Made by a program: the position numbers and the translations under genes. This document shows, one piece after another, positions 53,565-64,000 of a stretch of DNA of 64,000 nt (its first letter is position 1; each line of letters opens with the position of its first letter). The DNA lies in the NCBI GenBank assembly GCA_002633005.1, contig NMRA01000163.1:32071-96070 (forward strand), in the 5' to 3' direction. The stretch is from Phoronis australis (lineage: Eukaryota; Animalia; Phoronida). The notes under the pieces are model-generated. The model ran no database searches. It saw only the letters and a program-made list of their open reading frames with translations, and was not told the origin of the DNA.

Positions 53565-54710
53565 CAACGCCAGAAATTTGTAACATGCACTACTGCGCAT
53601 GCGCTAAATCTTGCCAGCAGCCCTTCATAAGAAATACACAAGAACAGGCTATAATCAGGAATTTATAAGTGAGGGGAGATAACCACCCAATTTGCCGATA
53701 GCCTGTCGCATAGAGTTTATGTTAAGACTTGTTACTGCCAAATATCAGCGTCATTGGTGAAAAATTTCCCACGTCTCTTGAAGTTTGAAGTTTGCCCCGT
53801 TCAGGCCTATGTTAACGATCGTCCGGAAGCCAATATTTGAGCGCATAGCTCATTTTGAAGTCAAGTTTGTGGCTGAACTCAGTTTGCCATCGAATTTGCC
53901 GATAGCCTAGGTGATTACCAGGAGTACTCAGAGGTTGCTGATCCAAATTTCATGCTGTGTTTCGAAAATTTTTCCACGCCCTCTTGTGTTCAGAAAATGG
54001 ATCCACGTACAGTGCTGTGAGATGAAATGTTGCCGATCGCCTGGCTGTCTTGCAATGGAATTTGCATTCTGTATAGATGAGAGATTATAGCTCAAAATCG
54101 GTAAGGAACTGTTATGTTCATTTTTTCATCCGGTATGAGTTTAGAAATACTTTCGAAGTTTGAAAAAAGTCGGATTTTATACAGTTTTATGCAGGTTTTT
54201 TCGCCTAAGAGTAGTTGATCCTAATTATCTTTAAAATGTTGTTTCGTTTTTTGTGATCCACAGAACGTTGTCCTTCGTCTTAATATCAATACTGTTACAT
54301 TGGAGTGGATTCCGGACACAAATGTGTATTGGCAAACATTTGAAGATTAATAAAAAAGCACTTTGGCAGCCCGCTTAATCCAAGCACGGCGCGGCTGGCT
54401 GGCGTTCAACTCACTGACTTATGTTATGGTTATGTGTACATGTAGGCCTACAAGTTAACAGAGAGCTGTGACCCTAATGACCCAGCTAGCACTGTCATAC
54501 TGTAGACTGTGAAATTCCAGAAATTCCAAACACTGTAGTGTTATTGTAAACTTGAGAAGTGTTGCTCTGCGCAGACAACATACTGACTTCACTGTGACTA
54601 GTGCCCAAGTTTCCTGACCTTTAACCTTACTATGCGTTGTTATGATTGGTTAGGGACATGGCGCTAAGCGTCACCTAGCGGATCAAGAATGTTACAAATT
54701 TCTGGCGTTT
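53565..54710 (+). mobile_element. Second copy of the CAACGCC-TIR element (~1.15 kb)
   Basis: Collinear with 42575-44520 minus the nested insert; absent at ~15038. Confidence 0.85.
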
Positions 54711-56044
54711 TTTTGAAGAGTTATTCACTAGTTGGGTAAAATGTCAAACTTTGAGATCGCAGCCAGTGGCATATGCTCGAATGCCTTGCGCGGCTGCATG
54801 CTTGTCAATACACAGGGAACGAATTGGTTTTCTTCAAGACAAACCAGTAAGATTGCGCCCACTTATCATTTACATTTAATTCGTTTCGACCGATGTAAAT
54901 ACAGTTAATCGAGGAGTTTACAGGGACGTGCCGCTCACTCGGGTAGTAAGTACTTTCGTGCCAGGTATAGGCCGGTGTAGCATTAAGTATTGACCCCGCA
55001 AAAATGACCTATGTGTCATTTTCTCACAATTGGAAAATGACCCTGGGTATCTTTTTAATAATATTAGAAATGACCCGGGTCGCTTTTCAATGTTGTCTAT
55101 ATTTAACGTGAACTATTGTGAAAAAATCAGTTCAAAAAGCAAAGAACACAGATTTCATTTCCTGTGCATCGGTCAGGATTGCCAGCGTATAAATATTTTT
55201 CTGTCACGCACCCTATTTCTCTCTCATAAATCTGAAGTCCCACCTATCAAGCACCATAACCACATTTCAGCATGTAGCAGTATCCCCACACCGTGTACTA
55301 TTTACCCACAGAGAGATCAGTCCCGTTCCCACACTTGTTTTTTTTTTAAAACAGTAAGTATTTCAATAAAGAATATTATGATTGATTTGGATGACTGGCG
55401 GATAAGTTCGGGCATACAGATGTTGTTTTTCAGTACAAGTGAAAACACGTGACTGTCATTAATACCACTTATGTACAATTAACAAACAGCACAATCACTG
55501 GATAACACCATGTGGTGGTCAATAACCATTTCTTAATTGATCTTATATGGTCTCAGACAACACTGAAGTGGAAACAACTCATGGTCGCACGGCTTAAACT
55601 ATGGTGACAGATCCGAAAAAACTATAGGCAGAACCACTACACACCAAGGCCGAACCAAAAAACCCATGACTTAATGGCAGGATAAAAAACTCAACTCTTT
55701 GGCAGCACTGCGAGCCCACAGATTTCCTGACTGATGCCATAAGAATCTCAATATTTTCCACCATTTTTGTCCTTTGTCCCACGTCACATTGACAACGCGA
55801 GCTCCATGTAACTGAGTTCAGCGCGCATGGTCTATGCGATATCTATGATGCAGCATTTCGCTCTGGAGACTACAAGGATATTCCATCGAAACAGGAACCC
55901 CGGGTGAAAACAGATGTCCTGGAGTCGAAAACGCACAGACAGTAATGTTGTTTATTTTATTTATACTCATGACGTAAAATAAAAATGTTTCAGATATTCG
56001 CAGGGTAAAGGACTTGGAAATCACCCGATAGCTTACTAACCTAC

Positions 56045-56320
56045 CTTCGCTCCACGTATATTGTTACCAGGAGAAGTCTTCAGGTGAGCGCTGTGACACT
56101 GGTGACAGTACTTGTTCTTGTTGACGTAAATAAAAGAAACACATCGTTTTTCATTGCTACACAACAGGGAACACTCGCTAGGTGATCTCACTCTATTGTA
56201 TTGGACTCCAGAACAGGTTATCGAAGACGTTGTTTCTTGAACATATTTCACGAAGACGTTTCCAGAAACCAACGACAAGCAGAATATTAGTAAAGTCCCT
56301 GCATTCACTCGGCGAGACAT
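56045..56320 (-). CDS. Gene C exon 1: signal peptide + PAN/apple domain
   Basis: MSRRVNAGTLLIFCLSLVSG-NVF...GAK|gtaggt; mature part identical to gene A. Confidence 0.8.
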
Positions 56321-56619
56321 TTTTCTTTCAATACTGTATAACCTTGGTCTTTTGTGCAACTCGCGAATACAATCAAGTTCTTGACTGTTGACTTTTTATG
56401 TGGAAAACGCACGTTGGTTGACGTGCTTGATAAACGTTACTTTGCGTCATACATAATGTCTTGATGCACAATATGATATAAGTAAATTGAGAGGCTGACC
56501 TTGCTGTTATACTGGGGAAAATGGCCAAGGGCGCCGTCGCTGGTCCCGGAATCAATGTTGGCGTTAAAAAGTCAAGAGAGCTACGTCGTCTGACAGCCAC
56601 TCATACTAACTCAGACGAA

Positions 56620-57308
56620 TGCAAATCAGTACACCAGGAAATACGTTAAGCCGTTTACCATCAAACCGTCATCGTTTCAAAGAGATTTCATTCAATTGTT
56701 TAATTAGAGGTGGCTTTTTAGAAACCCATGCTAATTTTCAGTGTGCATATATTGACATCATTGTCATTGAGGATTTGCAAAACGACGGTTGATCAGCTTG
56801 TATTCAAGTCGTGCAAGGTTTCAAGTTTACTTGATGTTAAAGATAAGATTCCTTTCGATCTAAAATCCCATGTAGTGTTTACATTTGAGAGTAGTTGTTG
56901 TCAAGCAACATATATTGGTAAGACAACTCGCCACTTGGCTACAATTATGAAGGGACACCTAGTTAGCGATAAGAATTTACACATCTTTAGACACTTGGAA
57001 AACAATGCTGCTAGTAGAGAGGCCGCTGGGGAACACAGCTTTAACATTATTGACATCCATACTAATCGCAATTCCTTGAAATTGCTTGAAGCCATTCGCT
57101 TTCAGTGATCGGAAAGCCATCACTCAATGCACAGGTTTCCCATGAGTCCTTGACACTGTTAAACGGAGTGATTCGTTGACTTCTACCCAATCCTGTTCTG
57201 ATTTTTTACGTGTGGAGTTTTCTGCTTATTGTACCTGTAGCCTGATTGACGATCGAGACATCCACCATGGCAATGGTCGATGTTTCACAGCCGAAACATG
57301 TTGCTACA
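56620..57308 (+). mobile_element. Penelope-like GIY-YIG remnant, duplicate
   Basis: ORF 56728-57108 with VVFTF..CCQATYIGKTTRHL. Confidence 0.85.
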
Positions 57309-57848
57309 TTTTAGAAAAGTGTTTAATAATAGGAAAAACAGTTGGTGTTCTAAGTTAGCAAAGAAATGGTGACCTAAATCTGCGAAGTTATTGAGTATAA
57401 GATTTTTCTCGGTCACAGTGGTGCAAAGTGCTTCCCCGCAATTTGAACAGTTCGTGATTGTTACTGAGCGCGTTCTTTGCATAATCAATGCAAAGCTGGG
57501 CATGCCTGTTTGGAATCAGGTCGCCTGGTTTGATAACCAATTTGACGATAGACTCAGAATGGATGATTTATTAATCACATCGCATGATCCAAATAAGAAG
57601 CTGTGCTGAGGTTACTCAAATCTTTCTTTGCAGTTGGTCAATTTTCAATCACGTTTCGAGAACAGTGGTGAGACCTCCTGCCTACTAGGCATGGTTGTTA
57701 CCTATAATAGCTGGTAAATCGAAGTTGAAGTTACAGGAATTGTCGACCCTCAGATGCGTTTAAGTAATTTGAGAAAGAGATAGGAAGGATGAGTTTGCCA
57801 TTTTGGTAACAGGTCAGTTACATGTAAACCTACTTAAGCAGTCCGATT

Positions 57849-58863
57849 CAGTGGCGGATCTAGGATATCACAAGGGGGGGGCAACATTTTGTCCGGCTGT
57901 AAGCATTTGCGCAAACTGAACCACGATTGTAGATGCGCATAGCACCGAATGGGGGGAGGTCGAGAGGGGGGTTTGCCCCCCTCCCGCCCTGGAAATTTTC
58001 TGTTTTTACCTCTAAAAATCAAGCATTTTCCTTGATTCCTGAAGTATTATCCAAGAAAAAAGACAAAAAAATACACGGAGAACGTGTCAAACAGGAAAAA
58101 CTGCAAGTAGCAAAGACTCGAACTCACGACCTGACGGCTAGAGCACGCGTGCGTTACCACTATACCACCACGAGTCAACTACTAATCTTATACTAAAAGA
58201 CTTACTTGTTTATGGTCCACAGTGCTTGCGCGCGAAACCTACTTCTTTTTGTAATGCTTATTACACGTTTTATATTTTGCGCCATCAATTCTTAACAAAT
58301 TTGTCGTATTTGAAATACTTCAAATGCCCAAAAGACCAAATCCATTTTTCGTGTTGGCAATAATGACGGGATTGCTTTGGAAATCGTCTTAAGATAAGGT
58401 TTGACAAACAGAGTATTGTGAGTTTCTGAGTGATTCACTAAGGCTTCGATTAAAATTCACATCTTACCAGCAGCTTCTGTTTTTTCATCGTCACCAAGGT
58501 TCCATTTTCTTTAAAAAATGAAGTCAAATTTCTTCATTGCACAGTGGAGCAGACGACGGAAACGGAGTCGTAGTGCGCAGCGCCACTGCCGGTCGCCTGG
58601 GATATCGCGGGAGAGCCTATACTTAGCCATAGTTCCGTTACGAATGCGCCGTGTTCCAAATTTGACACTTGAAATTGGATTTGAGCCCCCCCCCCCCCCA
58701 AACAACAAAACTGCACACATTTAAATCTTTTTTCATCCGTATAATTTTAATTACCGGGGATAATTAATAAACTCACCATTTCCCTACGCTCTTACTGTTT
58801 TATTTTTTTGCGGCAGCTAGGGGGGGGGGGGCCCTGGCCCCCCTCCCCTTAAATCCGCCTATG
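57849..58863 (+). mobile_element. CAGTGGCGGATC-family element, 5-bp TSD CGATT, containing a tRNA-derived segment
   Basis: TIR cagtggcggatctagg / cttaaatccgcctatg; empty site at ~19088. Minus-strand A box tggtatagtgg and B box gttcgagtc at ~58101-58172. Confidence 0.85.
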
Positions 58864-59420
58864 CGATTTCTAGAGCGCCTGGTCTTACAGATGTCGCCAT
58901 ATTTAGGAACCGTTCACAAAGATTGCTGTGGGCGAGCGTACATGTACTGTACGGCTTACGCTTTAGGGAAGAGGGAGTTGGGGAGTGCTGTTAGCGTGGA
59001 ATGTTGACGTCATGATAACGATACCACAGAACAAAGTGCTTTTTACGAAATCAACAAATAAATTATTAAAACTTTTAGAAATATCTATTTAGATAATGAA
59101 AACATGACAAAACAAACAATAACCAGAAATGACACAAAGGTGTAACCAGGCCGTTTAGATGTACGCTACTTTACGACGTATAAGAAAACTACAGACCCGT
59201 TGCACTCGCAAAAATGCAAGATCTCGCAAGTCCTCGCAAGTTATTGCAATTCATTGCAACCAAAGCACGACGTTATCGGCGAGATTCTCGCGATCACAGA
59301 ACTCATCCGCTGCTAACTGCTTTTCCACAAATCGAATTTGTCGTTCGATTCCAATTTTGCCTTCGACTTCGCCGGAAACTTCGCTCACGCAAGCCAAAAA
59401 TAACACGTGCACAAGTACAG

Positions 59421-59571
59421 CCTCCCGTTCAGTAACGCTAGGACCTCGCTAAAAAGCAAGACCTCGCGAAATTACGTGAGATATTGCCGTGCATTGTAAA
59501 TAAGAACACGTGACTTTGACTAGGTTTTAGCTAGGTCCTAGCGTAGGTCCTAGCGTCTATTGAACGCACGC
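59421..59571. mobile_element. Small Harbinger-like MITE, CAG TSD
   Basis: Inverted ends cgttcagtaacgctaggacct / aggtcctagcgtctattgaacg; absent at ~19636. Confidence 0.7.
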
Positions 59572-60971
59572 CAGGTGTACATGTATGTGTTCACCATCTG
59601 AAAGGTTGCGTGGGGTTAAAGATTTTTCTGCCACTCAAGCTCAATCAGGATCATCCGGTTTTGGGCTGGTAATTGACCAGTAACGTAAATCAGTATGAGG
59701 CGCACGCGAAAAAGGGCAAATTGTTACCGAGTTGCGGTAAAAATCGATTTCCTGTAACAAATGCCAAGGCTGAGTCATTTTCTATGATATGTTGAACCAA
59801 ACCATAAATTGGGTCCCCAATTTAGCACAAATGCAGACGTTCTATTTATACTCAGATATTGCGCTTTTCAGTTTTGTCATCGTTGGGCTTCCTTCTCCGT
59901 GATTTGCTTAGTAAGAAGAAAGGGTGTACATGCCATTAACGGCCCCCCTGAAAACACTGAACGCTTATCCTCTACATATGTACATGAGAAAGGGTATGCA
60001 ATTTAAAAAAGCCGGTATTGAGCAGAAGTTTGTGGCTTTGCAAAAATAGCAGAACACTAGGACAAAGTCGCCATCTTGTTGCATAACCTCACTTAGTAAG
60101 CCTTGTGCGTTAATGCAGAGTGATTAAAGTCTTCCAAACGTCTGACAAACTCCCGCTGTGAAGTACCACGTACGTAACACCGTGATGACAAGCGAAGTGG
60201 GACGGAAATCCAACTTGTTACCAATATTATAAAATACCTAATGGTGTTATCACAAGGCTCCCTAGCTATCCACCAGTTTCACAATTTTTCCAATTTATGT
60301 ACATTTAAAAAACACGGAATAAAGAGAGAACAAATGCCCATTCTAACAAAAACGTCCGGGCCAGTGCCTTCCAAGAATAAATACAACCCTTGTAGCTGAC
60401 AGATGTTTGCTAAGGTTTATTTCTTCTACACATTTTGTTATGTCTTCCTTTGTGACTGTCCCTAACGCCAGCGATACGCCTATGCCGTATGCCGGTTGTT
60501 ACGTTCTCGCGCTGTCGCCCGACGCCTGCTAATAATTGAGTGGACACGCCCCCCCCCCCCCCCCTTCCTGCGGTCCTACATTATTGGTGTGACCCGAAAT
60601 GTTGAATTTTTAAATAAGTGAAAAATATTACGAAATAACTAATGTATTGTGTTGAATTAAAATTTTGTGTCACTTTTACATGTACATGTACATATATACA
60701 TATAAAGCATCTTATAGGCTCTGCAGGACTTTGCGCCTACATGTGGGAACAGAATTAAAACACTCTGCTGTCACAAGCCCGTTGTCCCAGCTTAAAGTTG
60801 TAAAACAGTTTTCAGGAGACTTTCCTTGCTTATGTAAAGTGTTTTTACTGTTTATGTCCAAAACAGTGAAGACACTCCACTTTAGTTTATCCGTAAGAGG
60901 TAAATCTACTGTTTCTTTCCGCTTTGGTATGGAATTCCGATCTTCCAATAGGTCCTTGCAGTGCAATGCGT

Positions 60972-61591
60972 TTACTGGCCACTGCAGCAACGTTCTTTTC
61001 TTATTCTCATTATAGATTTCTTAAGTAAAATTGCTTCCGTGCCTGTGTAATATTTCATGCAATCATGCAAGTCCGATTTTGGACAATTGCCGCCAGGAGG
61101 ATACAAGTAGTTGATCCCAACCCACGCACATTCCTTATGCCACCATCCTCCAGATTTTTTCGTTGCGCAGTTTCCGCTCCATGCATCGTTGTCTCTGTCT
61201 TTAGTTGTAAAAGGCTGACCATTGATTTGCTCCATTGATGAACCAGCCATCGTCACGTTAGCTGTTGAGATATTAATTTTGTATTTATCTGACTCGTCTG
61301 CTATGAAAAACATATCGTGATTACGTGTTAGAACTGTGCCATTCCATCTAGTCATCTCATACTGTAACTTATATTGCCCTTGTCTAGTGATGTAGTGAAT
61401 GTTGTCATTGCCGAGCCACATCTCTTCATTCAAAACACCAAATCCTTCCTTGTATTCAGCCCATGGTCGATCAAACCTGAGACTTCCGTTGAATCTTCGC
61501 TGAATGATCGTCCAACCGTCTTGGCAGTAAACGTGGAATTCTCTGTGACAGTCTTTCGGACGAATTAGCAGAAAGCCCGTGAAGTCAGGTG
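60972..61591 (-). CDS. Gene D exon 3: fibrinogen-related domain with extended C-terminus
   Basis: cttttaag| acceptor; open FReD frame ending MRIRKERCCSGQ*. Confidence 0.9.
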
Positions 61592-62037
61592 CTTAAAAGG
61601 GATAAACCAAAAATTGACTGAATAAAAATCAAATAAAAAATGTCATAATTCTGTGCTGAAAATACTAGGTAAGCGTCCAGTTTCACTAGGTATTCCACGA
61701 ATTTTGTATTGGGGCTCACAATCCCTTAAACAACAACTGCTTAACATATTTTAGAAAACCCAATTTGTTTGAATGGGGGCATTTCTTTGAACGGAAACTG
61801 ACGTAACTTTAATGGGTTTCAGTCTTCACCAAGTTTTCGCTCATAGTTCAGTCCAGGCTTTGGTGGTCTATGACTCTAGCTGTTTACAGGCTCTTATAAA
61901 ATGTTAAGTCTGTTCCCAAAAACCCTCGAGCTATTTTCTCATTAGAGATCAAACGAAAACGACATCTCGCCACCAGGTGCTCCGGCGATGAGTAGGAATT
62001 TAAAGTTTAAACTGTGTATAACAGCCCACCAGTTTAA

Positions 62038-63098
62038 AGGCGAAGGCAACCTTTTTTAATGTCACTTTTTGCAAAACTAAGGTTCGTTGACTTTCCCAGA
62101 CGCATTTTTACTTAATTACAGCTTTTCGTAATTTGATTAATTTCTCGTCCTCTACTCCGAAAGTGACGTTTTGGGAGGCAAGAGTTTCGCGCCAATTTCA
62201 TTTCATTATAGTCTGACTGTGAGGGCTGTCGAGTCACTCATTGTGCTACCTCGGTTGTGATAAGTGCGGTCGTCGTTTGCTTTTGTTTACAAGTCAGTCA
62301 ACATGCCACGCTGTTGGTGCCTGCCGGGATGTACTCATTATCGTCAGACACGCGCTCTGAGTACCTTGCGTCGCTTTCCGAAGGATGACACACTTCGCCG
62401 TACTTGGCTAGCTCGATCATGTGAAGAACGCAGCGCTACCCGTCCACGCAACGTACAAAGCAGTGGAGGGTGTGTGGCAAGCATTTTCTGCCGTCAGATT
62501 ACAAAAGAGATGTGTACGCTGAATTGATGAAAGTCCCTACGAAACAACGCCTGAAGAAGAGTACCATAGCGTCGCTGTTGATTCCCGGCAGTGCCCCGTC
62601 GCCAACCCCGAGAACTGCGATTTTAAAGCGAGAAGCCTCGCGAGCTGTGGCCACTATATACAGTGACTGGAGGCACTTCATCTACTGTCACCCGTGCCTC
62701 CAAACGTACCCCATTGCGTGCAATTATTCCGGAAAGTACTGTAGCAGTGATTCGCGCTGTCCTGTTGTCTCTAACCCAGAGCCTATTGGCAGCCCTGCAG
62801 CGATGTTGAGTAGTGGGAGTGAATACAGGCCCAGCACGACACCCAGTGAAGAGGACATATCGTCATCCAATGAACAGATCGGTGAGCATAACAATGACTG
62901 AGTCGACTGCTCTCACAGTCAGACTATATGAAAAGAAATTGGCGCGAAACTCTTGCCTCCCAAAACGTCACTTCCGGAATAGACGACGAGTAATTAATTA
63001 AATTACGAAAAGCAGTAAATAAGTGAAAAATATGTCTGGGATAATCAACCAACCTCATTTTTGCTAAAAATGACATGAAAAAAAGGTTGCCTTCGCCT
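62038..63098 (+). mobile_element. Kolobok-like THAP element, internally deleted, in gene D intron 2
   Basis: ttaa|aggcgaaggcaacc...ggttgccttcgcct|ataa; MPRCWCLPGC...FPKD...CGKHF...RLKK from ATG 62303, frameshifted. Confidence 0.85.
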
Positions 63099-63427
63099 AT
63101 AATCCGAGAGTGTTTTGTGTTACATTTTTGTGCAAGAATATTGTTTAGAGGATCATGGGTGATTGTCTTCATTATTGTTGGAATGCATTGAGTGATAAAT
63201 GGTCTCAATCGGTGACTCAGTCGGTTAAGTACAGCTGCGATCGCGGTCAAAGTGCTACCAGGAAATGCTTTTCATCACTGGTCCCTTCTTCCGGTGCAGC
63301 TAACCAGCCTTTTTTCCCAAATTTCAGTTTTAGGCATTATATATGAAGGGAATGCATTGTTGAGGTTTGTGGTAGTAAGTTGTGGGTTCGGTGTACCATG
63401 TGCAACACAGTGACAGAGTATACTCAC

Positions 63428-63452
63428 CAGGGTCTGAACAGTCAGTGTGGAC
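63428..63452 (-). CDS. Gene D exon 2: 25-nt microexon VHTDCSDP (exon 1 presumably beyond window end)
   Basis: cattgcag|GTCCACACTGACTGTTCAGACCCTG|gtgagt. Confidence 0.88.
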
Positions 63453-64000
63453 CTGCAATGTAACAAAGAGAAAATTCACAATTGGCTTGGTTGTCCATGA
63501 CTTGCGCATTCATAATTAAAGGCTAACTAAAACATGCCGCAGTAGGCCTAATCATTAAATTTCGAATTAAACACGCACTCACGTGTTTTGCCTGCAGGAA
63601 AAGACGTCACTTTCGTGACCTGAATCCGACCAAACGTACCATACATGTAGCATGCAAACTGCAGTATTGATAAGACCCAGGCAGTGTGCCAGCGTTGCCG
63701 GTTGGTTGCATAAAAATCAGTCTTGAACAATCTTGAAACGAAAAAAACACCCACAAACAGAAACTTTTTTATAAAGATATGACGAGTTCAGTGTGACGTC
63801 TGTTCACTATTCACGGTGATATTATTATACGCCAGATCAAAGAACCCAGGAAGGCGATACGTCCACTGGGTGGGTTTCCAAATTTGCGATATTCACCTAA
63901 CGCTTGAAAAACGCTCCGCCGCCACTAGTCATATAGCACTTTTTTAAAGTTTATCGCAATAGACCGATATCTCAGTCTTAATTTGTGGGCATGGAAAGGC

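Larger units (their letters stand above)
35238..61218 (+). repeat. Segmental duplication, copy 2
   Basis: Collinear with 873-21425; expanded by copy-specific transposons. Confidence 0.9.

Overview
Eukaryotic, intron-rich, AT-rich animal DNA (probably a marine invertebrate; inferred). The window is a head-to-tail minus-strand cluster of genes for secreted PAN/apple + fibrinogen-related domain (FReD) proteins. Each has three exons: a 276-nt signal peptide + PAN exon, a 25-nt microexon (VHRDCSDP) and a ~600-nt FReD exon. Gene A (17566-8122) and gene B (34383-22118) are intact. Gene C (56320-38755) has a TGG>TAG nonsense codon. Gene D (63452-60972) lacks exon 1 in this window and has an altered C-terminus. 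A truncated FReD fragment lies at 21198-21425. About 873-21425 is duplicated at about 35238-61218, so filled and empty sites can be compared directly. This reveals Kolobok-like THAP elements (TTAA TSD), a hAT MITE (8-bp TSD), Harbinger-like MITEs (CWG TSD), a 5-bp-TSD family, a 5-kb TIR element carrying a chromo-barrel/Tudor-like exon, and many TA-CATG-TA / TA-CTG-TA excision-like footprints. LINE remnants, Penelope GIY-YIG remnants with a degenerate hammerhead, and tRNA-derived SINE heads are also present. All calls come from manual reading; no database searches were run.
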